Part shown: positions 34,617 through 44,101 of the stretch, one piece after another
Layout of the letters: each line of letters begins with the position of its first letter
Numbering within the stretch: position 1 is the stretch's first letter
Assembly: GCA_049294475.1 (NCBI GenBank)
Contig: JBAQCV010000021.1
Location: forward strand, 1-45,803
Direction of reading: 5' to 3'
DNA from: Candidatus Moraniibacteriota bacterium
GTDB lineage: Bacteria > Patescibacteriota > Minisyncoccia > Moranbacterales > UBA1568
DNA: 45,803 nt
Translations under genes and position numbers: made by a program
Notes under the pieces: model-generated
Databases searched by the model: none
The model's input: only the letters and a program-made list of their open reading frames with translations
What the model was told of the DNA's origin: nothing

Positions 34617-35543
34617 TCAAACATTCTTCAAAAATTCTTTCAGCGCTTCTGTGTAGGGGCGCAATGGTGGCCGCTGCGTGTTGAGGAGCGTCGAGTTTTT
34701 TGGTCGCTTGGCGAGGCGAGGAAAAGCATTCGCATCAACTGGCTTCACGGATACCTCCATTTTGGCTGTCTTGAATAGTTCCACGGCCGCTTCGTACCAT
34801 GTCGCCGCTCCCTCATTGGTCAGATGATATGTTCCATACGGAGCGTCATCCTCGATCAATGCTTTCGTCGCCTGTGCCAGATCCGGCGCATACGTGAAGC
34901 AGCTCTTCTCATCGTCTACGACGCTCACTGCACCGTCCGTTTTTCCCTTTTCCAACATCACTTCGAAAAAACTTCTCTTTCCCGTTTCCGATGCCGCCGG
35001 CTTGCCGAAGAGTTTCGAGAGGCGGATGAGATAGAATTTTCCACCGGATGCCTGCACCGCTCTTTCCCCTGCCAGTTTGCTCTCGCCATAGCGCGAGATG
35101 GGACCGGGTACCGATGCCTCATCATATCCGACACCAGATGCACCGGCACCGCAGCATCCGCCGCCGCAGCAGCCCGTCTTCATCTTGTTCTCTTCCAACG
35201 CTCCGTCGAATACATAGTCCGATGAATAGTGGACGAACACCGCGTTCATATCTTTCGCGAGCTCTGCGAGAAATTTCGGCACCTTGGCATTGAGGAGCAC
35301 CGCCTTCGCATATTCCTCATCGCTTTCCTCGCACGTGTCCACGGCATTGTACGCGACGGCGTTGATGATGATGTCCGGAGCATATTCCCTGATCTTTTTC
35401 TCCACCGCCGCAAAATCCGTCACATCGATATCATCGCGATCCCATCCGGCAACCGCATATCCGACATCCTCGCCATAAACCCGCACGAGCTCCTGCCCGA
35501 GCATCCCCCTGCCCCCCAGTATCAATATCTTCTTATCTGTCAT
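34617..35543 (-). CDS. rfbD: dTDP-4-dehydrorhamnose reductase with Cys/Gly-rich insertion
   Basis: 308-aa ORF with the Rossmann motif ILILGGRGMLGQ, SSDYVFDG and YGESKLAGE (YxxxK). An extra segment ALEENKMKTGCCGGGCCGAGASGVG sits between the last two. Confidence 0.85.
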   Translation of the reverse strand: MTDKKILILGGRGMLGQELVRVYGEDVGYAVAGWDRDDIDVTDFAAVEKKIREYAPDIIINAVAYNAVDTCEESDEEYAKAVLLNAKVPKFLAELAKDMNAVFVHYSSDYVFDGALEENKMKTGCCGGGCCGAGASGVGYDEASVPGPISRYGESKLAGERAVQASGGKFYLIRLSKLFGKPAASETGKRSFFEVMLEKGKTDGAVSVVDDEKSCFTYAPDLAQATKALIEDDAPYGTYHLTNEGAATWYEAAVELFKTAKMEVSVKPVDANAFPRLAKRPKNSTLLNTQRPPLRPYTEALKEFLKNV

Positions 35544-36534
35544 ACTGTTGTTCGTAATATTTCTGGTACTCTCCGGACTTCACGCGTTTCCACCAGGATT
35601 CATTGTCTTGAAACCACTGCGCTGTCTTTTGCAAGCCCTCTTCCAAAGTCACGGTCGGCTGCCAGCCGAGCTCGCGCTTGATTTTCCCGTAGTTGATCGC
35701 ATAGCGACGGTCGTGACCAAGACGGTCTGCTACATATTCGATGGCGCTCTCGTCCTTCCCGAGTATTGCCAATAGTTTCTTCACTATCCAGATATTCTGT
35801 CGTTCGCCATTGCCGCCGATGCAGTACGTCTCGCCGAGTTTCCCATGATGCATGATCATATCGATCGCCCTACAATGATCCTCGACATAGAGCCAGTCGC
35901 GCACCTGGAGGCCATCGCCATACACCGGCACCTTCTTCCCTTCGATGAGATTCGTGATCGCGAGCGGGATCAGTTTCTCCGGCAGATGATACGGCCCATA
36001 ATTATTGGAACAGTTTGAGATCGTGACCGGCAGGCCGTAGGTATGGAAATACGCGCGCACCAGGTGATCCGATGCGGCCTTCGACGCACTATAGGGACTG
36101 CGCGGGTCATACGCTGTCTCCTCGTCGAACGGCGCATCATCCGGGCCGAGCGCGCCGAACACCTCGTCCGTCGAGATATGATGGAAACGCTTGCCGTATT
36201 TTTTCGCCGCTTCGAGCAGCACATACGTCCCGCGGACATTCGTATCCACGAAAACGCCCGGATCCATGATCGAGCGGTCCACATGCGATTCCGCCGCGAA
36301 ATGCACTACGACGTCGCATTCCGCGACAAGCGGCGAGACAACATTCACATCCGTGATATTCCCCTTCACGAAACGATAGCGCGGATCACCCTCCCAACGC
36401 TTCAGATTCTCCAGATTGCCCGCATATGTCAAGACATCCAGATTGATGACTTGGTACTCCGGGTACGTATGCAAAACATGATGGATAAAATTCGAGCCGA
36501 TGAACCCCGCCCCGCCGGTTACCAATAGTTTCAT
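35533..36534 (-). CDS. rfbB: dTDP-glucose 4,6-dehydratase
   Basis: 333 aa from ATG 36534 (MKLLVTGGAGFIGSNF) with YSASKAASD. It overlaps the rfbD start by 11 nt. Confidence 0.92.
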   Translation of the reverse strand: MKLLVTGGAGFIGSNFIHHVLHTYPEYQVINLDVLTYAGNLENLKRWEGDPRYRFVKGNITDVNVVSPLVAECDVVVHFAAESHVDRSIMDPGVFVDTNVRGTYVLLEAAKKYGKRFHHISTDEVFGALGPDDAPFDEETAYDPRSPYSASKAASDHLVRAYFHTYGLPVTISNCSNNYGPYHLPEKLIPLAITNLIEGKKVPVYGDGLQVRDWLYVEDHCRAIDMIMHHGKLGETYCIGGNGERQNIWIVKKLLAILGKDESAIEYVADRLGHDRRYAINYGKIKRELGWQPTVTLEEGLQKTAQWFQDNESWWKRVKSGEYQKYYEQQYDR

Positions 36535-36565
36535 AATAGATATGCGAGAATAATGAAAGGATTCT

Positions 36566-36651
36566 AGAAAAGATTTCAAAATGTTTTTTAGGGAACCATG
36601 TGGCGAAACCGCTTCGGCGCGGTTCATCTAAAAACTTTTGAAATCTTTTCT
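36566..36651. repeat. 86-nt imperfect palindrome filling the rfbC-rfbB spacer
   Basis: AT-rich arms 36566-36588 and 36630-36651 pair over about 21 bp with one bulge (t36582). The centre holds a GC hairpin, GAACC...AACCGC-TTCG-GCGcGGTTC. Confidence 0.8.
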
Positions 36652-36657
36652 CTGTGT

Positions 36658-37224
36658 TTATCTGTCGTTTTTATCAAAAATATACTCTTTCGCGATATCC
36701 GCGAGCAGCGGATGTCGCTGATCTTTCTCCACAACGATCACGCCGGCGACCCCCCAGTCGATGCCGAGCGCCGGATCGTCCCAGCGGATGCCGCGTTCGT
36801 GTTCTTTGGAATACACGTTCGTACACTTGTAAGAAAACAGCGCTTCCTCGCTCAAGACAAGAAACCCGTGCGCGAATCCCGCCGGGACGAACACCTGCCG
36901 ATGATTCTCGCCGGAAAGTTCCACGCGCACATGCTTCCCGAACGTCGGCGAGCCATGGCGGATATCCACCGCCACATCGAGTACCGCGCCCGCAAGCACG
37001 GATACGAGCTTCCCCTGTCCGAATGGCGGCGCCTGATAGTGCAGTCCGCGTAACACACCCTTTTTCGACAGTGATAGGTTATCCTGCACGAAACGCTCCG
37101 TCATGCCGAGTGCCGCCTGATAGCGCTGCTCCTCGAATGTCTCCATGAAGAATCCGCGCTCGTCCGCAAACACATCCGGCTCGATGATCATCACTCCGTC
37201 CAACGCGGTCTGGATGACATTCAT
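36658..37224 (-). CDS. rfbC: dTDP-4-dehydrorhamnose 3,5-epimerase
   Basis: 188-aa ORF with DERGFFMETF, GVLRGLHYQ and FVPAGFAHGF. Confidence 0.92.
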   Translation of the reverse strand: MNVIQTALDGVMIIEPDVFADERGFFMETFEEQRYQAALGMTERFVQDNLSLSKKGVLRGLHYQAPPFGQGKLVSVLAGAVLDVAVDIRHGSPTFGKHVRVELSGENHRQVFVPAGFAHGFLVLSEEALFSYKCTNVYSKEHERGIRWDDPALGIDWGVAGVIVVEKDQRHPLLADIAKEYIFDKNDR

Positions 37225-37256
37225 ATGGTATGCACGCTCTGAAAAATCACTGCTTC

Positions 37257-37285
37257 ATTGTAAAATATTCCCGCAAGAAAAGCAA
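37257..37285 (-). promoter_or_regulatory. candidate promoter for rfbC-rfbB-rfbD
   Basis: On the minus strand, TTGCTT (37285-37280) is followed by a 17-nt spacer and TACAAT (37262-37257). Confidence 0.45.
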
Positions 37286-37314
37286 AAGCCCCGCTCCATT
37301 CCCGATATGGTTCC

Positions 37315-37347
37315 AAAAAACAGCCGGTGTCCTTCACGGATCCGGCT
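37315..37347 (-). terminator. rho-independent terminator after the KH-domain gene
   Basis: AGCCGG (37322-37327) pairs with CCGGCT (37342-37347). On the minus strand it is followed by TTTTTT. Confidence 0.7.
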
Positions 37348-37416
37348 GCGCCTTGCGTATGTACCAAACAAGAAATTCTTATTTGGGAATAAAGCGGGGT
37401 AAACCGCCGACAATCA

Positions 37417-37794
37417 TCAGATCTGGATATCGTTCATCACGTCGTCGAGCGTCTTCTTCTCCTCGGGAGCGGCAGGACGTTCCGGGCGCACGTCGCGCAT
37501 CTCGCGGGATTCGCGCGGTTCGCGTTGCGGCCGATCCGATCCTTCCGGCTCATTGATTTTCAGATTGACACGAGCGCTGTTGCGCGCACCGATGACGCGG
37601 AGCAATGTACGGAGCGCCTTGGCTGTCATACCTTCGCGGCCGATGACCATTCCCATATCCTTGGGATTCACATCGAGCGTGATCAATACTCCCATCTCGT
37701 CTATCTTCCTCTCCACTTTCACATCATCCGGATTGTCCACGATCATCTTGACCGCATATTCGATAAAATCCCTGTCCTTCACATTGTCTGTCAT
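37417..37794 (-). CDS. KH-domain RNA-binding protein (YlqC/UPF0109-like) with charged C-terminal tail
   Basis: 125-aa ORF with IVDNPDDVKV and VIGREGMTAKALRTLL (KH GxxG). The tail is rich in R/E/P. Confidence 0.8.
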   Translation of the reverse strand: MTDNVKDRDFIEYAVKMIVDNPDDVKVERKIDEMGVLITLDVNPKDMGMVIGREGMTAKALRTLLRVIGARNSARVNLKINEPEGSDRPQREPRESREMRDVRPERPAAPEEKKTLDDVMNDIQI

Positions 37795-37875
37795 AGAACG
37801 TACGCGTCACGGATTAGCCGATGTACCGGAAAAAACCGCACCGATTCCTTCCACCGATATAGTACCCTTTTTTCA

Positions 37876-38853
37876 TCAGGCGCGCAAGACATTGTCAACC
37901 CCGTCAGACACCAGTCTCTGCCGCGAAAGATGGAAGAAGTAGCCGATGATGAAGAATGTCATGACAGGCGCGAGCCACTCCGGCACATGCGCCCCGAAAG
38001 CGTGCATGATCATCACGAGGCCGAGAAAAAAGACCGAATACATGGCTCCGTTCTTGAGAAACACGTATTTCTTCACCCGGTCGATATTGGCAACCGTGAA
38101 TTGACGGACCATGATGGCGCCGATACCGTTACCAAGCAGGATGAGCGGCACCGATAGCGTAAACGCGAACGCTCCGAGCACGCCGTCGATGGAAAAACTG
38201 ATATCGATCACTTCGAGAAACAGGACTTTGCTCACGTCCGACATGCCGGTGCTCCCCATCATCCTCCGCTCGGTCTCTTCGGCATGCTGGCGGAACCCGT
38301 GCGTGATGAAAAACGCCGTCGATCCGACCACGGCACCGAACGCGATCATCGGATGTATCTTCATGGCATACCAGACGATAGCAGCGAGAAGTATCGAGAC
38401 AGAAGCGTAGAACCAGGCGCCTTGTCTCAAAAAAAACGATTCGCCGCGCAAACCGAAGTGTTTCGGCTCGAGAAAAAGCCAGTGCAAAAAAAGAAAGAGG
38501 AGGAACATCCCACCGCCCATGAGCAGGATCGGTGCCGACGTCTGGATCGCCTGCGCGACGCTCGGGTCGTTCGAAAACGTGGCCGTGAAGGAACCGAGGA
38601 ATCCGAGCTGCGGAACGGTGACAAACACGATAAACCACGGAAGCAGTCCGCGCACGACGAACACCGCGAAGAAAATCCCCCACGTGAGAAAGAAGCGTCT
38701 CGCTTTCTGCCCCATCGTCGACAGCACCTCGGCATTGATGACCGCATTGTCGATACTCGACACCGTCTCGAAGAGTATGAGGCCGGCGACGATAAGAAAC
38801 ATCGAGAAAAAATCCATGTCTGAAGAAGAATCAGGAATTACGCGGTGAATCAA
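37876..38853 (-). CDS. DUF475/TerC-related integral membrane protein
   Basis: 325-aa polytopic ORF with duplicated SIDNA/SIDG motifs (VSSIDNAVINAEVL and SFSIDGVLGAFA). Confidence 0.6.
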   Translation of the reverse strand: MIHRVIPDSSSDMDFFSMFLIVAGLILFETVSSIDNAVINAEVLSTMGQKARRFFLTWGIFFAVFVVRGLLPWFIVFVTVPQLGFLGSFTATFSNDPSVAQAIQTSAPILLMGGGMFLLFLFLHWLFLEPKHFGLRGESFFLRQGAWFYASVSILLAAIVWYAMKIHPMIAFGAVVGSTAFFITHGFRQHAEETERRMMGSTGMSDVSKVLFLEVIDISFSIDGVLGAFAFTLSVPLILLGNGIGAIMVRQFTVANIDRVKKYVFLKNGAMYSVFFLGLVMIMHAFGAHVPEWLAPVMTFFIIGYFFHLSRQRLVSDGVDNVLRA

Positions 38854-38892
38854 GAATACACAAAAACGAACTCCATGGCAACGCTCCGATCA

Positions 38893-40206
38893 TCACCGTG
38901 CCCACTCGGCAGGCGCGACGAACGGACGGTTCCGCCATTCAAGAGACTGGCAGCACAGGAGCGCCTTCGCCTCGCTCGGATCAGCCAGCAGCGCTTCGGT
39001 GATTTTCTCCATCCGCATACCGCGTGATCCCTTGATGAGGATCAGATCTTCGACGCGGACGATAGCGCGCACGTTCCCGATCGCCGCCATCGGATCAGGC
39101 AGCCACAGCGCCTGCTTGCGCGAAAACCCAGCCGCGAGCAGCGCTTCGTGGAGCGCCCGCATGTGCCTGCCGACGGTCACGACGATATGCGCTCCGGAAG
39201 CGATGACTCTGTCCGCGAGCAGCGCGTGTTCCTGCGCCGCATCCGCCCCGAGTTCCAGCATATCGCCGAGCACGACGACGGTGCGCGGCGCCACCAGTTC
39301 TTTCACGACATCGAGCGCGGCTCCCGTCGAGTCGGGCGACGCGTTGTACGTATCGTCGATCAGCATGATGCCGTCCTTTCCCGGCAAGAGGCGCATGCGC
39401 CCGGGAAGCGGCGCGAAGCGTTCCAGCGCCGAAGCGATCTCGACGAGGTTCATCTTGAGAGCCACGCCGACCGCCGCCGCCGCGAGTGCCGCCCCGATAT
39501 GATGTCTCGCGACGATATTGGGCAGGTGCACCGGGATCGACTTGCCGTCATAGTTCAGCTTGAAACTGAATCCTTCCACGCGTCTCGCATCGCGATGAAA
39601 CACGAGATTGTCCGCCCGCAGCGCCGCGCCCTCGTCCAAACCGTACGTGATGACTTTCGCCTTCGTCCTCTCCTGCATCTTGAGCACGCGCTTGTCATCG
39701 GCGTTGAGAATCGCAACGCCGTCCTCCGAGAGCGCCGCTATCAGCTTCCCTTTTTCTTTGGCGATGTTGGCTATCGATCCGAAGAAAGCCAGGTGGCTCG
39801 AGGAGACGCGCGTCACCACGCCGATCCGAAGCGGTATGAAGCCGAGCAGATATTCCATATCTCCCGGGCGGTCGATGCCCATCTCGAGAACGAGTATCTC
39901 CGGATACCGCGCGGCAACCATCATGAGCCGGAGCCATTTGAAAAACACCCCTATCCAGCGCGCAAACGACGCGCCGCCGCTCGCGGCCCCGATGATCGTG
40001 AGCGGGATGCCGATCTCATTATTATAATTCCCTTCCGCCGTGCGCACGGCATACGACTGCGACAGCACCAGGGCGATCGCTTCTTTGGCCGAGCTCTTCC
40101 CCACGGAACCGGTGATGCCGACGATCTGCGAATGATACTTCTTCAGTACCGCGCGCGCCATGAAGCGCAGGATTTTTTCAAGAAATTTTCGCTTATCCAT
40201 ACTCAT
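38893..40206 (-). CDS. murF: UDP-N-acetylmuramoyl-tripeptide--D-alanyl-D-alanine ligase
   Basis: Mur ligase P-loop GITGSVGKSSAKE, DDTYNASP and the C-terminal domain. ATG 40206 overlaps the ftsI stop as ATGA. Confidence 0.88.
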   Translation of the reverse strand: MSMDKRKFLEKILRFMARAVLKKYHSQIVGITGSVGKSSAKEAIALVLSQSYAVRTAEGNYNNEIGIPLTIIGAASGGASFARWIGVFFKWLRLMMVAARYPEILVLEMGIDRPGDMEYLLGFIPLRIGVVTRVSSSHLAFFGSIANIAKEKGKLIAALSEDGVAILNADDKRVLKMQERTKAKVITYGLDEGAALRADNLVFHRDARRVEGFSFKLNYDGKSIPVHLPNIVARHHIGAALAAAAVGVALKMNLVEIASALERFAPLPGRMRLLPGKDGIMLIDDTYNASPDSTGAALDVVKELVAPRTVVVLGDMLELGADAAQEHALLADRVIASGAHIVVTVGRHMRALHEALLAAGFSRKQALWLPDPMAAIGNVRAIVRVEDLILIKGSRGMRMEKITEALLADPSEAKALLCCQSLEWRNRPFVAPAEWAR

Positions 40207-41975
40207 TTTTTCGTTGTCTCTTCGGTCGGTTTGATCTTGGCATACTCTAACAGAAATCGCATGATCTGGCCAAATGTCGGTGCGGCGCTCGACTCCGCCC
40301 ACTGCACGTCCTTGGGATTGTCGATCTTCACCAACACGACGAAACGCGGGTCATTGATCGGCGCATACCCCACGAACGAACCGATGGACAGTCCCTCCTC
40401 GTATCCCTTGCTATCGCTTTTCGCCACCTGCGCCGTTCCGGTCTTGCCGCCGACCAGATACCCCGGCACATCCGCCCGTTTCCCATGCCCGTTCACCACG
40501 ACGCTGCGCAGCATCTCTCCGATCGTACGGCTCGTCTCCTTGCTCAAGATACGCCGCACTTCCTGCGGAGCCGTTTTTTCCTCGCTGCCATCGCTATGTA
40601 TGATACGCTCTATGATCTGGGGCTTGTACAGCGTCCCGCCGTTCGCGAGCACCGTATACGCCATGACCATCTGCAGCGGAGTCACGGCGACACCCTGGCC
40701 GAATGCCGCGGTGAAGAATTGGATGTCGGAGCGGGTATTCGCCAGATTGCGCACATTGCCCGACAGTTCGGCAGGCAGCGCGACATCCGTTTTCTTGCCG
40801 AATCCGAAACGCTCGATATATTCCTTGAACACCTGGTTGCCGACCTGCTGCTCGACGAAGATCACGCCGGTATTGATCGATTCATCGAGCACCTCGGTCA
40901 TCGTGCTCCTGCCGTATACCTTGTTTTCGGAATTGCGTATGGCGTAGCCGGCTTCCTGCACCACGCCGGTATCCGTATATTCCGTATTCGGCGAAATCTT
41001 GCCCTCTTCGATCCCGATAGCCATCGTGATCGGCTTCATGATCGATCCGGGCTCATAGGCGTGACTGATCGCCGGATTCAGAAACACGGAATAATCCTCG
41101 ACTTCGGAATACCTGTTCGGGTCGAATTGCGGCCAAGACGCCATCGCGAGGATCGCTCCCGTCTTCGGATCCATCACGATCGCCGTCGCCCGATCGGCGC
41201 TATGACGCTTCACCGCCTCGCGCAGTATCTTTTCCGTCTCATACTGGATGACGCGATCGATCGTCAGCACCAGGCTGTCGCCGTTCTGCGGAGACAGCAG
41301 ATCGCGATCGGAAAGGGGTATCCAGCGGCCGCCGGCGTCCTTTTCCTGCGAAACGGTGCCGGTCTCTCCGCGCAGGCGGCTGTCCTGCGACGACTCTATG
41401 CCATACCCGCCGGCTCCGCCCCTCTCACCAAGACTCGCGAAACCGACGATCTGCGAAGCGAGCTCGCCGGCCGGGTAGTACCGGTATTTTTCCGGAAGCA
41501 GTGCGACACCTTGCAGACTCGCTTCCTTGATCTGTCTCACTTCCTCGTCCGTCAGACGCTTCTTGATGATTTCGAATGGATCATCGCGCATATCGAGCTT
41601 GTCCCGGATCGGACCGGCATCCATTCCCAGTATCCGCGAGAGTACGAGCGCGACGTGATCCTTGTCGGTCACATCTCTCGGCACGACATACGCCATCTGA
41701 TATTCGCGATTGACCGCGAGAGGGTACCGGCCGTCGCCATCGCGCATATGGATCTCTCCGCGGTCGGCAGACAATTCCTGAAAGGCGCTGTGCTGATCCT
41801 GCGCTATCGCCACCCATTTGTCATGGCTCATCACCTGGATGAAATACAATCGCAGCACCAGAAGCGCGCCGACAAAAAAAACGATGGCGGTGAGACCGCG
41901 CATCCGTCCTTCGCTGCCGGAGAGCGCGGCAACCATCATGTGTTTTCTCGGACGGACATGGTCTCCGCTGCGCAT
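40203..41975 (-). CDS. ftsI: penicillin-binding protein 2/FtsI-type transpeptidase
   Basis: TM segment LTAIVFFVGALLVLRLY, SxxK (GSIMKP), SxN (NSENK) and KTG (GGKTGTAQ). The start is ambiguous (41975, 41939 or 41903). The track's longer N-terminus overlaps ftsL. Confidence 0.88.
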   Translation of the reverse strand: MRSGDHVRPRKHMMVAALSGSEGRMRGLTAIVFFVGALLVLRLYFIQVMSHDKWVAIAQDQHSAFQELSADRGEIHMRDGDGRYPLAVNREYQMAYVVPRDVTDKDHVALVLSRILGMDAGPIRDKLDMRDDPFEIIKKRLTDEEVRQIKEASLQGVALLPEKYRYYPAGELASQIVGFASLGERGGAGGYGIESSQDSRLRGETGTVSQEKDAGGRWIPLSDRDLLSPQNGDSLVLTIDRVIQYETEKILREAVKRHSADRATAIVMDPKTGAILAMASWPQFDPNRYSEVEDYSVFLNPAISHAYEPGSIMKPITMAIGIEEGKISPNTEYTDTGVVQEAGYAIRNSENKVYGRSTMTEVLDESINTGVIFVEQQVGNQVFKEYIERFGFGKKTDVALPAELSGNVRNLANTRSDIQFFTAAFGQGVAVTPLQMVMAYTVLANGGTLYKPQIIERIIHSDGSEEKTAPQEVRRILSKETSRTIGEMLRSVVVNGHGKRADVPGYLVGGKTGTAQVAKSDSKGYEEGLSIGSFVGYAPINDPRFVVLVKIDNPKDVQWAESSAAPTFGQIMRFLLEYAKIKPTEETTKK

Positions 41976-42000
41976 ACGCGTATCGTTATCGTCGTTCCTC

Positions 42001-42390
42001 CTATCGCAGGGCCACCGGTCCGCGTTCTTCGAGATATATGACGGCATCAAGCTTCTCCATACCGAGCGCTTCGCCCGAAGCCTCGATGCGATACAGCGAT
42101 CGCAGATCCGCCTCGGTGATCTTGAGTTCCGCATTGTCCTGTTTGAGCCTGTCTATCTCTTTTTCCAACGTGCGCATATGATATCCCTGCACGGCGCTCC
42201 GATTCACGGAATACAGATACCCGCCGCCAGCCACGAAAACGACCAGCAGGACAAGCAGTATGCAGGTGTGCGTCGATCCCGCGAGCGTGCCCGCAATGCC
42301 AAGCGCAGCTTTTCGGGCTGGCCCGATGCTTCGATTGTTTCTCTCCGTCACGGAGGAAATCATCCTGAAATGATGGCGACGTATCCGCAT
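42001..42390 (-). CDS. ftsL: FtsL-like cell-division protein (TM + coiled coil)
   Basis: 129-aa ORF with a single TM (CILLVLLVVFVAGGGYLY) followed by LEKEIDRLKQDNAELK. It sits between rsmH and ftsI. Confidence 0.65.
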   Translation of the reverse strand: MRIRRHHFRMISSVTERNNRSIGPARKAALGIAGTLAGSTHTCILLVLLVVFVAGGGYLYSVNRSAVQGYHMRTLEKEIDRLKQDNAELKITEADLRSLYRIEASGEALGMEKLDAVIYLEERGPVALR

Positions 42391-42441
42391 AATGAATTGT
42401 TTTTTGTTTTTGTTTGTCGCTGTGACGGCGGTTTTTTCCGT

Positions 42442-43407
42442 TCAGAGCCTCTCTATGATGCGCATTTTCGCGCTCCTCGCACGCGGGTTTTCCGCAACCT
42501 CTTTTTCGCTCGGGACGATCGGTTTCTTGGTGAGTATCTTGACCAGCGGTTTCCTGCCGCAGCGACACACCGGGAATTGAGGAGGGCAGATGCAGCCTTG
42601 CGCCTTGTCTTTGAAACACCGCTTGACCAGAGCGTCTTCGCCGGAGTGGAACGCGATGACCGCGAGACGGCCGCCGCTCTTCAGTCTCTCTATCGCAGCC
42701 GCGAGAAACGCTTCCAGATGTTCGAACTCGCGATTGACCGCGATACGCAGCGCCTGGAACGTCTTGGTGGCCGGGTCGATCTTCATCCGGCGCCGCTTCC
42801 CCGCAGGATAGGCGTTCCCGACGATCGCCCGGAGCTCATCGGTCGTCGCGATCGGCCCTAGGGCACGTGCCGCGACGATGGCCTGCGCGATACGCCAGCT
42901 CTCGCTCTCCTCCCCGTAGTCGCGGAGTATCCGGCTGATCTCCTCGGGAGAATATGCGTTCACTATGTTCTCGGCGGTGAGTCCGGTCGTCCGGTCCAGC
43001 CGCATATCGAGCGGCCCGCTCCGGAGAAAACTGAAGCCTCTCTCTCCCGCCTCGATCTGATCGGATGAGAATCCGAGATCCGCAAGAATCGCATCACATC
43101 TGCCGACACCCTCGCGCTCCAGCACCCCTCCCAGTGAAGAATAATTTTCGTGCACGAGCGTAAGCGACTTGTCGGCAAGCGCCTGCCGCACTGTCTCATC
43201 CGCCTGCGCAAAATCGCGGAAACGAACGAGTGCCGTCTCATCGGCATCGATGGCGATCACTCTGCCGCCAGGCAAGATACGCGAGAGTATTGCTCGCGCA
43301 TGTCCACCGCCGCCGAGCGTCGCATCGACGACCGTATCGCCAGATTTGAGGCAGAGCGCCTTCACTGCTTCTTGCAAAAGAACCGGCCTGTGTCTCGTCT
43401 CTTCCAT
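42442..43407 (-). CDS. rsmH: 16S rRNA (cytosine1402-N4)-methyltransferase
   Basis: 321-aa ORF with HRPVLLQE, DATLGGGGHA, DLGFSSDQ and AFHSGEDA. Confidence 0.93.
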   Translation of the reverse strand: MEETRHRPVLLQEAVKALCLKSGDTVVDATLGGGGHARAILSRILPGGRVIAIDADETALVRFRDFAQADETVRQALADKSLTLVHENYSSLGGVLEREGVGRCDAILADLGFSSDQIEAGERGFSFLRSGPLDMRLDRTTGLTAENIVNAYSPEEISRILRDYGEESESWRIAQAIVAARALGPIATTDELRAIVGNAYPAGKRRRMKIDPATKTFQALRIAVNREFEHLEAFLAAAIERLKSGGRLAVIAFHSGEDALVKRCFKDKAQGCICPPQFPVCRCGRKPLVKILTKKPIVPSEKEVAENPRARSAKMRIIERL

Positions 43408-43524
43408 AAGACTCGTTCAACCCTCAAACTTAAAAATTTATTCGCCTAAATTTTGATGTTTGATTTTTGAATATTCCCGATCTTGTGTCTGCTCGTTGAC
43501 TGTTGATTGTTATTTGTTGATTGT

Positions 43525-43959
43525 TCAATACACTCCCAGCTTGCCGAGCTCCTCCGCGATCTTGCCGGTGTTCTTCTCCGCCTGCATCTTGTATTTCTTC
43601 CATCGCGGCGTGTCCCAAATTTCCAGCCGGTTGAAGAGCCCAACGATCGTCACGTCTTTTTTCAGTCCGCCATCAACCTTCAAATATTCCGGAAGCAGTA
43701 CCCGTCCCTGACTATCGAGTTCCACGTCCGTCGCGCCCGCGAGCATGATGCGGATGAAACTGCGCGTACCCGACTCGCCGACCGGGAGCGCTCCTAATTT
43801 CGTCGCGAGCTCATCCCAGACTTTCATCGGATAGATGAAGAGGCAGTTGTCGAGTCCGCGCGTCACCACGACCTTGCGCCCCAGCTCGCCGCGGAACTTC
43901 GAAGGAAGCGCGAGGCGCTTCTTGGGATCGATCGTGTGTGAGTATTCTCCGATGAACAT
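43525..43959 (-). CDS. mraZ: transcriptional regulator MraZ
   Basis: 144-aa ORF starting MFIGEYSHTIDPKKRLALPSKFR, with the second half-domain DSQGRVLLPEYL. Confidence 0.93.
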   Translation of the reverse strand: MFIGEYSHTIDPKKRLALPSKFRGELGRKVVVTRGLDNCLFIYPMKVWDELATKLGALPVGESGTRSFIRIMLAGATDVELDSQGRVLLPEYLKVDGGLKKDVTIVGLFNRLEIWDTPRWKKYKMQAEKNTGKIAEELGKLGVY

Positions 43960-44101
43960 AACGGTAAAAAAATTTCAAAGCCCAAATTACAAATATCAAA
44001 CCAAATCCCAAGTCCCGATGACCAAAACGCCTTTCAGGACATTTTGATTTTGTTCATTGATTTGAAATTTGTCATTGGGGTTTTGACGCTTCATGCTGTT
44101 C

